Positions 44,172 to 54,757 of a stretch of 64,000 nucleotides of DNA are shown here, piece by piece. The stretch comes from Cladosporium halotolerans (taxonomy: Eukaryota). The position numbers and the translations under genes are program-made. The stretch covers positions 62,001 to 126,000 of the forward strand of contig NW_027191466.1 of NCBI RefSeq assembly GCF_011745625.1, in the 5' to 3' direction. The stretch's first letter is position 1; every line of letters starts with the position of its first letter. The notes under the pieces are model-generated. The model was given only the letters and a program-made list of their open reading frames with translations. It did no database searches and was not told where the DNA came from.

Positions 44172-44830
44172 CTCCCGCCTGCAAGTCTCTGCATGTGCTC
44201 CGCCTGCACAACACACCTCACGTCACCGTGTTTCGCCGCGCGCCCTCACCCTCACTCAGCCCGTATCCTCAGCGACCGCCCTCCGCATCTCCAACGTCGC
44301 TCTGCACACTGGTCAGACACCGCAGCCAATCCCGTGCAAAGCGTCCGCGGAAGCCGCTGGTGTCCGGCTCCCACCGGCACCCTAAGTGCCATTAGCGCGC
44401 CCCTCATCCAAAATTAACGTCTGGGTCTGGCCTTGCGATGCGCTCTCTTCGTGGGATGCCTCAGGTAAACGGCTTCGTCTCAAGTGAGCGTGTTTTATAC
44501 GGCCAACATCCCTGGCTTTGACCAGTGGTTGGAGATGCTATCCTGATGATGCCCTAATATGTTCTGAGAGCACAAAACAGCGTAGCTGATCGCGTGGATG
44601 ACTCTGGTTCCGCAGCAGATCGTGTCACTTTCAATCCAGGCAACTAGGCACGGCAATTCGGCAAGACCAGTGCAGATAGGAGAAAACGCCAACATATCCA
44701 AGCCCTCTGGCCAAGGTCCGATAAATCAAATGTTCAATTGCGTTCAATGGTATCGAGAGACAAGAAACAATATGCCAGCTATGCACTTTTGCAGGACTCA
44801 CTCGCCAATAACAATTCGCTCAAAAAAGCC

Positions 44831-46741
44831 TCACTCCCAATCCTCCTTGATCATCATCGCCGCCTTCTCCGCAATACCGTACAGCGACGAGCTCAAGTGC
44901 GCCGACAGCTGAATCGGCAAGACACTCGCGTCGACCGCGCGCACGTTCTCAACGCCGTACACCCGCAGCCTGCTGTCGACGACGCCGCCCAGCTCCTCCT
45001 TCATCATGCCCAGCGTGGCGATGTAGTGCCACACGGACGTGAACGTGGCCTTGACCCACTGCTCCCAGACGGCGTCGGCCGCGTCCTGCGGCACGGCGTC
45101 GAAGCCGGGGAAGGTCTCGCGCGCGACGTGCGAGGCCAGCGGCGAGGTCTGGAAGACCTCGCGCGACTGCTTGGTCGCGGCGAGCTGGACGTCGAGGTCG
45201 AAGGGGTGGCCGAAGTAGGAGGGCTCGATTTCGGGGTGGTCCCAGCTGTGGCGGGGTCAGTGATGTGCTCACGTTTTGGCGGTAAGTGTAATGAATGAAG
45301 GGTGGACTCACGAGCTGTTAGAGGTGATGTGCACGTAGCCGCGGGAGAGGACGATGAGGTTCCACAGGTCGATGCCGACTTGGCCGGTAGCCGGGGAGCT
45401 GACGAAGAAGATCTCCGCAGCGCCCGCCTTGTCCTCCCACAGGTTCTTGACCTGCGCCTCGAGGATCTGGTGAGTGGCGGTAGCGTTGACAACAAGGCCC
45501 TTGGCCTCGAGGTCCTTGGAGTACTGAGAGAGACCGGCCATGATGTCCTTGTACATGGCGGCGCTGTCGTTCTTGAACAGCTGATCGACGTTAGGGAAAG
45601 AGATGGCGTTGGGCGGTCCGGAGCCGTCAAACTCGGTGTCGACGGGATCGAGCCAGAGGGTGTTCTTGGTCTGCTCCTGCATGTTCTTGCCGACGTTGGG
45701 AGAGGCCATCTTCAGCGGGACACCAGCAGCCTCGAGGACGTCGGGGTCACCGACGCCAGACAGCTCGAGAAGCTGAGGGCTCTGCAGCGAGCCGGCGGCG
45801 AGAAGCACTTCGCGCTTGGTGCCGACGGAGTGAGACTCGCAGTCGCGGCAGGCCTGGAAAGTGACGCCCTTGGCGACCATCTCGTCGCAGTCCTTCCATT
45901 CGATCGAGACGACGCGGTGGCCAGTCAGGATGAGGAAGTTGTCGCGCTTCTGGACCTGCTCCTCGGCGTAGACCGTGAAGGGAGACGAGCGGTTCTGGTC
46001 CTCGTTGGCCTGGAGCATGTTGGGGATGATGGTGGAGCCGGTGGTGACGCCAGCCGCGAAGTCAGCGACCTTCTTCATGCCCTTCCAGACGAGGGAAGAG
46101 GCCTCGAGGGCCGGAAGCTGGATGCCGCCGAACATGCCGTTCGGGAAAGAGACCTGGACCGCAGTGCCGTTGGCCTTGCTGTGGTACTCCTCTTCGTATT
46201 CAGCACCGAGAGCGATTTGCCTGTCGTTGGGCTCGTGGAACTCCTCGATGCTAAGCATGAGCTCGTTGACAGCCTCCCAAGACCAGGAGTCGTCACCGGT
46301 CAGCACAGGCAGAAGATCGTACTGCGTCTTGTCGCCCTTGGTCCAGCTAGCACCGTTGATGCTACCACTCCCACCGAGCGTCCTGCCGGCAACAAGCAGA
46401 AGACCGGTGTCGTTCTGCCAGGGAATCGGTGTCGAAGTAAGGTTGTAGTCGAGGTCCGACTCGAACGCCTGGCCGTACGTCCGCACGTCGTTCACACGCG
46501 GGTCCTCGTGGTCGTCCTGTCCACCCTCGATGACCAGGACAGACACGTTTGGGTCTTCGGAGAGGCGGCTGGCGACGACCAGGCCGGTCAAACCGCCACC
46601 ACAGACGATGTAGTCGAAGGTCTTGTTAGAGACCTGCTGGGCGTCGGTGACGATGCCCTGGGTCGTGTTGGCGTATTTCACATGAGGCGCCGCTTGGGCG
46701 CCGGCGGCGAGCGCGGCTGTGAGGAGGGCAGCTGAGATCAT
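44831..46741 (-). CDS. Secreted GMC oxidoreductase, glucose oxidase/dehydrogenase-like (AA3_2), intron 45311-45246
   Basis: Signal peptide; FDYIVCGGGLTG, GRTLGGSGSING, AAGSLQSPQLLELSGVG, the two His motifs VWHYIAT and SAHL, VVDSRLRVYGVENVRAVDAS. Confidence 0.9.
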
Positions 46742-48019
46742 CGTGATCGATGATATGACCTCTAAGCCGTGGCGGGTTGGAAGGAACGAGAAGAGAGTTC
46801 GTCAGAAATAGATAGATGCTGTTCTACGAACCAGACCGTCGGGGCGCCTCGCATCCTACTTGTACTCTCGCCCTTCCGTCCCTATCTCGCCGTGACTTCA
46901 CACCTTCGCCTCGCAACAACACAGCCCTCAGCAGCACGCCCATCAACCACTCTTGGCCCGATTTCAACGCATCCGTCCGTCGCGCATCGTCGCTCAAACC
47001 AAACGCTCAGGTCCCTACGTCTCGCTGCTTGGCGTGCGACATCGAGGTCGGTGTTGAGTTCACGTGTGCTCGGAGAGCCGCTGCCAATTGGGCGCGCGTG
47101 TACGTCAGTGAGTCCTCTGCGCCTGTGCCTGGACGGCTGGCCCTATCGTCGTTGAGGCTTCGGCAGGGCGGTTCTACGGCGGTTCGGTGCGCTGGGCTGG
47201 GCGGCCGTTGGAGTTTCTTGTCTTGTCTAGGTTTGGGAGGGGCCTTGGCGGGGGGAGGGTTTTGGTTGGAGATGGTTGAGTATTCATCGTTAGTGGTGTA
47301 CTTATCCTCGATTGGTGTGGAGTGAATTATTCTCCAGGCAACTCTGCGCATTTGTAGAATGTAGTCTCGTCTAGAGTAGCAACGCAGTTCGCGAAGCCGG
47401 CCAAGGTCGACGGCTGAGTCAAGCGTTGGACGAGCGCCACAGAACATCTGCAGAACGTCAGGATCCACGATCGACGACGCAGGCAAAGCTTTCGCCAAGC
47501 GCCCCCTCGCCATCTTCTCGGTCTTGTCTCTCTGCACCGTAGGGCCGATAAGACGAGCGCGGCGTCGCTCTCAACGTGCTCCTGACGACGTCTGCAGCGA
47601 CGTGCGGTCGCGACGTTATTGCCACTTTGGGAGGCGTGGAAGCCGCGTGCTGGGCACGTGTGTCTGAGGCTGTGTTCCTGGCGGTTGGCATTGTTGGAAG
47701 CGGTGATAAGCAAGAGGATGATCTTTAGGGCTGGGGTGAAGATTGTGTCGGAGAGATGAGGTTGATGCGTTTTGGGTGAGTCGCTCTTGATGCACCATTT
47801 AGGCTTGATGCACGTGGGATCGCACTTCGATGCATGTCGATCTCAGCATATCTCGCACTCGAAGCTGGTCGACTTGATTTTCGTATTGCAAAGCGAGCTC
47901 ATTCCAAAGGATAAGACCTTTGTGTCTCCAAGAAAAATTGTTTGTATGCTACAACTATGGAATGAAGGATCGAACACCTCTATCGGATCCTTCAAGAGTA
48001 ATCCTACACCTCCACTGCT

Positions 48020-49684
48020 CTATGCAGCCTTACCAAGCTTTTTGATTGCATCATGGCTGCTGTCCAACAGCTGCTTGGCCGCATCGCCAGCCTCCACGCC
48101 AAAGAAGATAACGTGCACCGTGATGTCGTCTCTCACATTTCGGCTGAGGGGTGGCTGGATGGTCATGACTGCCTCAAAGAGCCGTCTCCTGCTGCCGCCA
48201 AGAGCGTTCTTGATCAAGTGAACACCAGCATGTTCGTCCTCGACGACGAAGTGTTTGGGGCTGACGCGCCACTTCAGGCATTTCTCCTCCGCGTCATAAT
48301 AGGTTTCGTCATCTCTGTCCGGCGTCTTGTCTACGGGTGTGTGCATCTGGGCATGAACCCGCTCTTCAGCTAGGGTGTCAACAGATTCGCCGCTCGCTTC
48401 CTTTTCAATGAAGTTGGTGGGCTTGTACTTCTCAAGCCACATTTGGACGCACGTCACGGCGTCTTGGTTGCTCATCAGATCCCACAGACCATCGCTTGCC
48501 ATGATCAGAAAGTCAGGGTGAGCGCCAGTCTGCACCTTCTTTTCCTGAATCTCAGGCTCGGCGGTGAGGTAGGGCGGTGTCTTGACCACCCCGTTCGGCC
48601 GGGGCGCAGGGCCAAAGAACATCTCGTGAGCTTTCCGCGTCAACTCTTCCGTCCACTTCCACCGTGCATCGCCAAAAGCACGCGTCACGGCGAGGCCAAA
48701 GATGCGACCGGTCTTCTCGTCGATGACCTCCTCGCCAGGGTGCTCTCGGCTCAATCTCTCCACCTCGTCTTTGTTGAACCCAGTGTGGTCCACGCTCATC
48801 GCCTCCGCGACGTACTTGCCGTCCTGCCACCGTCCCAACACGGCCCGTGAATCGCCAGTGTTTGCGATTCTCAACACGCCATTCTTGGGATCGAAGATCG
48901 CCATCAAAGCACAGCTTCCACTTAGACAGTTCGAGATCAAGCTTACGATGTCGGCGCGCCTCATGGTTCCCATACGCAATTCTTTCATCGCCTCACCAAA
49001 GACCGTCTCATCCAGATACCTGAAGCTGTTCTGGATGATCCGGTGAATGTGCAGGTCGTTCGGCACGTATGCTCTGTTCATGCAGCCGCTGTCGTGAAGC
49101 TTCTCACCCACGAGACCAGGCAGATATTCTTTCAGAGCGTGAGAGGTTCTGGGCCCAGCATGGCCATCGAAGATAGCCCATTCGCTCCAGTCCCGGCCCG
49201 GATCGTTGAAGTAGGTGAACGTCCCGCTTGACCAGGTGTCTTCGCAAGGAATATTCGAGGCGCTCTGACATGTGTGAGAGACCGCGGCCGGCGTGATCGA
49301 GTAACCAGACCTGCTCCGCAAGACCTCAGTTGCCATGTCTACCGTCATCGCATGGACGGTCTTCGCCTGAGCTTCGGCAGCACCAGCGGCGAGCGCCTCC
49401 TCGATGAGAGGCAGATCATCCATGTGGTCGAGCTTGAGCCCGAGCGAGACAGCCTTGGCTTGAAGATAGGCATGGCCGTAGAATCCGAGTACGAAGAAAG
49501 TTGTGCCCAAGAGAAAACCCCTGAGTATTCTTCGTCGAGGCTTTGGAGGCTGTTGTTGTGGCGCCTGGAAATATGTTTTCGGGGGTCCATGGTTGGCGCC
49601 ATTGTAACTCCTCGTGAACAGCGGCGTACGGTGAAGTCGCAAGCGACTACCGCGCGTGGCAGCACTTGCTGTGCGCGCCCACAT
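48020..49684 (-). CDS. Mitochondrial PP2C phosphatase, pyruvate dehydrogenase phosphatase/Ptc5-like
   Basis: Presequence MWARTASAATRGSRLRL plus a TM segment; PCED, IFDGHAG, NTGDSRAVLG, TRAFGD, ASDGLWD, RDDITV. Confidence 0.88.
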   Translation of the reverse strand: MWARTASAATRGSRLRLHRTPLFTRSYNGANHGPPKTYFQAPQQQPPKPRRRILRGFLLGTTFFVLGFYGHAYLQAKAVSLGLKLDHMDDLPLIEEALAAGAAEAQAKTVHAMTVDMATEVLRSRSGYSITPAAVSHTCQSASNIPCEDTWSSGTFTYFNDPGRDWSEWAIFDGHAGPRTSHALKEYLPGLVGEKLHDSGCMNRAYVPNDLHIHRIIQNSFRYLDETVFGEAMKELRMGTMRRADIVSLISNCLSGSCALMAIFDPKNGVLRIANTGDSRAVLGRWQDGKYVAEAMSVDHTGFNKDEVERLSREHPGEEVIDEKTGRIFGLAVTRAFGDARWKWTEELTRKAHEMFFGPAPRPNGVVKTPPYLTAEPEIQEKKVQTGAHPDFLIMASDGLWDLMSNQDAVTCVQMWLEKYKPTNFIEKEASGESVDTLAEERVHAQMHTPVDKTPDRDDETYYDAEEKCLKWRVSPKHFVVEDEHAGVHLIKNALGGSRRRLFEAVMTIQPPLSRNVRDDITVHVIFFGVEAGDAAKQLLDSSHDAIKKLGKAA

Positions 49685-49898
49685 CGTGCTGTGAATGCGA
49701 CAAGTCAGCCTCAGCTTGTTGCAACACAGCACTCCAATGCCTTGGGGCGGCGTGAAGCCAGAGCAGCTCCTGCTCCAGTAAGGTACGGGCCGCACGGGCC
49801 GCTGAGGCTAGTGACGCTCTGAAGGCTAGAGGCTCTCACCTTCGATCTCGGCGCAAAAAGTTGCCGTGCTTGCGACATCCACTCCACACGAAAGCACA

Positions 49899-52868
49899 AT
49901 GGGTCGCGGCAGAGGAAACAAACGTGGCGGCCGTGGCGGTCGCGGCGGCGGAAGAGGTGGCAACAAGGGAGGCCGCGACGGCAAGCCCTTCGTCGACAAC
50001 CGCCAGTCGTTCGATCAAGTGAATAAAGAGAACGAGAAGTTCGAACGCTACTACAATACGTTGAACATCGTGCCCGAAGGCGCTGAGCGCGAGGCTTTCT
50101 GGACCGCTTTCAAGAGGGAGCTCCCCAACGCTTTCCGCTTCTGCGGCAGCAAAGGCCATGCGCTCGGTGTCAGGAAGAACCTGACCGAACGCTTCCTCCC
50201 GCAAATCAAGGAAATCAAGCACAATGGCGAGCCCGTCGATCTTCCCAAGGAGATGCCCTGGTACCCCGAAGGATTGGCCTACAGCATGACCACGCCGAAG
50301 AACGTCGTTCGCAAGTATGAGCCTTTCAAGGATTTCCAGAAGTTCTTGGTCAGCGAGACCAGCGTCGGCAACATTTCTAGGCAGGAGCAGGTCTCCATGA
50401 TCCCGCCTTTGGTTCTGGACGTGCAGCCCCACCACTCCGTTCTGGATCTCTGCGCCGCACCTGGAAGCAAGAGCGCGCAATTGGTTGAACTCCTGCATTT
50501 GGATGAGGAAGAGCGTGTTCAGAAGGCTTTGCAGCGCGCCAAGGGCGAGCTGAAGGAGGCAGAGGGCGAGGAGGTGAACATGTCGGACTCTGGACGTACA
50601 ACTGGTCTGATGGTCGCGAACGACGTGAACTACCAGCGCGCTCAGATGCTGGTGCACCAGGTCAAGCGCCTGAACTCGCCCAACTTGATCGTTACGAACC
50701 ACGATGCTACGATGTTCCCTTCTATTGAGCTTCCCAGCAAGAACCCGAAGCACCCCCGCTACCTCAAGTTCGACCGTGTCCTGGCCGATGTGCCCTGCAG
50801 CGGTGACGGTACCGCGCGCAAGAACCCCAATGTCTGGAAGGACTGGACTCCCGTGAACGCCCTTGGTCTGTACATTACCCAGGTCCGCATTCTCGTCCGC
50901 TCTATTCAGATGCTCAAGGCTGGCGGTCGCGTGGTCTACAGCACATGCTCCATGAACCCTATGGAGAACGAGGCCGTTGTTTCCTCCGCGATCGAGCGTT
51001 GCGGTGGTATCGGAAAGGTCAAGCTGCTGCCCACCTCTGACCAGCTGCCGGGCCTTGTCCGCTCCCCTGGCCTCAACGACTGGTCTATCATGGCTCGCAG
51101 TGGACAGATCTACGAGTCTTGGCCTGAGGCGCAGCAGTTCGAGGGCGAGGGCTCCAAGGTCGTGCCTGGCATGTTCCCGCCGGAGGCTGAGGAGAAGATT
51201 CCTCTAGAGAACTGCATGCGTGTGTACCCTCACCAGCAGGACACCGGTGGATTCTTCATCGCGATCTTGGAGAAGCAGAGCGAGGTCAAGGCGAAGCCGG
51301 AACCTGAGTGCAAGTGCTCCAACCGCAACTGGGTCTACCAGGAGCCCCAGAAGGCTCCAGTTTCTGCCATCCTGAATGAGGTGGCTGAGGAGAAGACAAA
51401 CGAGAACGGCATCGAGCTCAAGTCGGCCGACAAGCTTTCGTCAGGCCCCATCGCTAGCTCTGGTAACGACGCTGAGACCGCCGCCGAAAGGCAGAATGAG
51501 CCGGTCGTTGACTCCGCTGCTAACGGCAAGCGCAAGGCAGACGACCAGCCTGCTGAAGGCGCCGGTGTCGTGAAGAAGTCTAAGACAGCGGCCGGCGAGG
51601 ACGAGAACACCGCGATGGCAGATGCTGGCGCAGCGGCTCCAGTCGTTTCTGAGCACGCTCCAGTTCCGCCTCAGGTGGAGATTTCCAAGGAAGCGCAGCC
51701 CACCGAAGCTGGCGCCTCTGCCGAAACTCCTGCAAACGGCGATGCCAAGAGCGTGGCGGTCAATGGCGCCGTCAACGACGCCGTCAAGAACGCTCCTTTT
51801 GAGAAGAGCGTGCCCTCAGACATGCAGCCCGCGCCTAGGAGGCGGCGAGGCGACGATGTCATCGAGGAGAGCTTCAAGTACCTCGACCCGGCGCACCCCG
51901 AGCTCGAGTCCATCTACAGCTTCTACAAGGTGCACCCCGTCTTCCCGCGCGACCGCTTCCTCGTCCGCAACCCGGCCGGTGACCCCGTCAAGGGTATCTA
52001 CTACTCTTCCACTCTCGTCCGCAATATCCTGACCGCCAACGAGGGCCGCGGCTTCAAGTTCGTGCACGCAGGTGTGAAGATGTTCATGAAGCAGGACGTG
52101 CAGAACCAGCCCGGCGTCTGCCGCTGGCGCATCCAGACCGAGGGTCTGCCCATCCTGGAAGGCTGGGTCGGCGACGAGAGAGTCGTTCACCTGTGGCGCA
52201 AGTCCACGCTCAGGAAGCTGCTCACCGAGATGTTCCCTCGCATCGGCGGCGCCGAAGGCGAGGAGGGCTGGAGGCAGCTCGGCGAGATCGGCGAGCGGGT
52301 CCGAGATCTCGGCATGGGCTGCTGCGTGCTCCGCGTCGTGGGCAAGGACGACGTCGTCTCTCGTGGGCTCGAGGGCGGCGAGGGCGCCAGCTTCGCGACT
52401 TCCGACGACAGCTTCGAAGAGGGCCTCACGCTCCCCCTGTGGAGGAGCTTGCACTCGCTCAACCTCATGCTGCCGAAGGAGGAGCGCAAAGCCATGCTCC
52501 TGCGCATTTACAACGAGGACGTCGAGCTGGTCAACCACTCTACCAAGACCGACTCCAGCGCCGCCGCCACGCCCGCCCCCGCCACCGGCAAGGCAGGCAC
52601 CGAGGGTACCACCCAAGGAAGCATGCCCGCCGAGCAGGATGCTCTCCAGGTGCAAGAAGCCACCGCGAACGCTCCGGAGGAGCCCAGCGTCGACGTCGTG
52701 CCCGAAGACACCGCGCAGCCCGGCGCCAGCATCGAGCAGAACAGCGTGGCGGAGGAAGACGCGAAGCGCAAGGCGCAGGTCGAGGTGCAGGACGACCCTC
52801 TCAACCAGGTTGCGGCTGCCATGCCTGAGAGGGCTGGCGAGGAGGATGTGTCGAACAAGACGATTTAG
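49899..52868 (+). CDS. NCL1: tRNA cytosine-C5 methyltransferase (Trm4/NSUN2 family)
   Basis: RGG-rich N-terminus; SRQEQVSMIPP, LDLCAAPGSKS, FDRVLADVPCSGDG, VYSTCSMNPMENE, PHQQDTGGFF. Confidence 0.95.
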   Translation: MGRGRGNKRGGRGGRGGGRGGNKGGRDGKPFVDNRQSFDQVNKENEKFERYYNTLNIVPEGAEREAFWTAFKRELPNAFRFCGSKGHALGVRKNLTERFLPQIKEIKHNGEPVDLPKEMPWYPEGLAYSMTTPKNVVRKYEPFKDFQKFLVSETSVGNISRQEQVSMIPPLVLDVQPHHSVLDLCAAPGSKSAQLVELLHLDEEERVQKALQRAKGELKEAEGEEVNMSDSGRTTGLMVANDVNYQRAQMLVHQVKRLNSPNLIVTNHDATMFPSIELPSKNPKHPRYLKFDRVLADVPCSGDGTARKNPNVWKDWTPVNALGLYITQVRILVRSIQMLKAGGRVVYSTCSMNPMENEAVVSSAIERCGGIGKVKLLPTSDQLPGLVRSPGLNDWSIMARSGQIYESWPEAQQFEGEGSKVVPGMFPPEAEEKIPLENCMRVYPHQQDTGGFFIAILEKQSEVKAKPEPECKCSNRNWVYQEPQKAPVSAILNEVAEEKTNENGIELKSADKLSSGPIASSGNDAETAAERQNEPVVDSAANGKRKADDQPAEGAGVVKKSKTAAGEDENTAMADAGAAAPVVSEHAPVPPQVEISKEAQPTEAGASAETPANGDAKSVAVNGAVNDAVKNAPFEKSVPSDMQPAPRRRRGDDVIEESFKYLDPAHPELESIYSFYKVHPVFPRDRFLVRNPAGDPVKGIYYSSTLVRNILTANEGRGFKFVHAGVKMFMKQDVQNQPGVCRWRIQTEGLPILEGWVGDERVVHLWRKSTLRKLLTEMFPRIGGAEGEEGWRQLGEIGERVRDLGMGCCVLRVVGKDDVVSRGLEGGEGASFATSDDSFEEGLTLPLWRSLHSLNLMLPKEERKAMLLRIYNEDVELVNHSTKTDSSAAATPAPATGKAGTEGTTQGSMPAEQDALQVQEATANAPEEPSVDVVPEDTAQPGASIEQNSVAEEDAKRKAQVEVQDDPLNQVAAAMPERAGEEDVSNKTI

Positions 52869-53305
52869 ATGAGTGATGGGCATGTATATGTAACTGAATG
52901 CAATTTTCAAAAAGGATTTTAAATGTTCCATGTACCACAGCCACTTTTAGGTTCAGCAGATCCTCCCAGAAAGTAATTGTGAACTGTACGGAAGGCGCTA
53001 CGCTAGATTGATTCGCAAGGTGAATGAGTGGCGACAACCCTATCCGAGCGCAAGGGTAGGATACACTAGACATCAGTGACCAGAAGTTGGCAGGGAACAT
53101 TGTTCTTATAGCCAGCTTCCCCTTAAGACTGGTTACATAGTCGTGTGTGACGTTTGAAGAATGGTGGTTTTGATAATAGGGTTAGGGTTGGGGTTGGGAT
53201 GGAGTTGACCATTTTGAAGGAAGAGCTGGCCAACATCAATTCACTGTTCGTGCCAACATCTGGGCTTCGTCGAAACAGGCCTCAGATCATAACTTATCAC
53301 ATCAT

Positions 53306-54757
53306 TCATACCTCAGGTATAGACTTCAACTCGGCCCTCCCCTCCCCAACCCCCTCCCTAATCTCCTCGTAAGCCCTCTCAGCACACCAGACCCCCCTCT
53401 CCGGCTCCTCAAACATAATTCCACACTGATGCGCCTTCCCCCACGTCCCATGTCTCCTCAACCTCCTCGCGCCCCCCGGCAACGCCAGCGGCAGCTCATC
53501 GGCCGCGTCCTCCGACGTCCTACACCCCCTCGCCACCCCCTCGGCCCGCCGCAACCACTCCCTCCAAGCCTCCGTGTCCGGCACCGCCGAGCTCAGCCGA
53601 ATCCAAGCCGTCGACTTCGTGAACACAATCGCCTTGAACAAGCCCTCGGCGAAACTCGCCGCCTTGCCGCCGGACGACAAGTGCTCCTCCTCGATCTCGT
53701 AGCCGGCGAAGTGGAAGTTCCAGCCACGCGGCAGCGCGGCGGCCATCCAGTGGCCGATGTTGAGGATAACGTAGCTGGCGGCCCAGGCGATCTGCAGCTG
53801 GATTTTGGCGTTGGCGAGCGCGATGACGCTGATCATCAGGATGAGAGTCCCCAGCAGCGAGACGGGGATGAAGTGGCCTGCGTTCTGTAGCTTGTAGGCG
53901 ATGGCGTCCGGGGCGAAGAGCAGCTGGTGGGCGAGGGAGTCGCTGCACTTCAGCACGAGGTAGGAGCCGTTGGGCCAGCGGATGACGCAGTCGCCCCGGG
54001 GGTCGCGGGCGGCGGGCGGGCGGCGGGCGAACTGCATGTGCCAGCGGCTGGTGAGGCCGATGAGGGAGGAGAGGAGGGAGAGGAGGACGGTGGCGATGAG
54101 GGACATGCCGTCGCCGTAGACGGCGGAGAGGGTGAAGAGGGTGATGGAGAGGATGCAGCCGAACATGTTGACGAGGTTGACGGGGCCGTAGAGGGCGGCG
54201 CGGACGGAGCCGCCGCTGGTGCTGCGCTGGGAGTCGGGGTCGATTTTGCGGATGCGCAGGCAGCGGACTTCGAAGGGTTGCATTTGGAAGCCGCTGGAGG
54301 GGTGGGTTAGTGGGTGGGTGTGGGGACCTACGGTGTGTGGTTCTTACAAGAGGGCCGCGGTGACATGGCTGAGGTAGTCTCGTTGGTTGCCGGAATGGAC
54401 GGCCGTGACTGAGGCACGCACGCTTTCTACATTCTCGGGTCGCTCGACATACAGCAGTGAGTGAGGCGCGGGCATCAATCGAGGCAGCAGGAAGATGGAG
54501 GATAGTGAGGCCAGTCGAGCGGTCTTCCTGACCGCATCTTCACCCAGGATAGCCAAAAAGCCGACAATATCCAGTTGAAGGTCGTCTAGACCGCCGTCAA
54601 ACCATCGCATTCCCCATCTTGGGCCAGGATTGGAAATGAGGATAGAAGGGTCAATCTCTTCCATGCCGGAGAGTGGGCCACCTGGTTGGCTGAACAGAAA
54701 GTCAAACGTAGGTAGCACACCTACACGAAACGATTGCCATGAGTTTCGGCGGCTCAT
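53306..54757 (-). CDS. Uncharacterised fungal multi-pass membrane protein, intron 54347-54294 (start codon uncertain)
   Basis: Intron GTAAGA..CTAAC..CAG joins ORFs 54757-54344 and 54283-53306 in frame; LDIVGFLAILGE..LPRLMPAP motif; about 4 hydrophobic segments. Confidence 0.75.
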
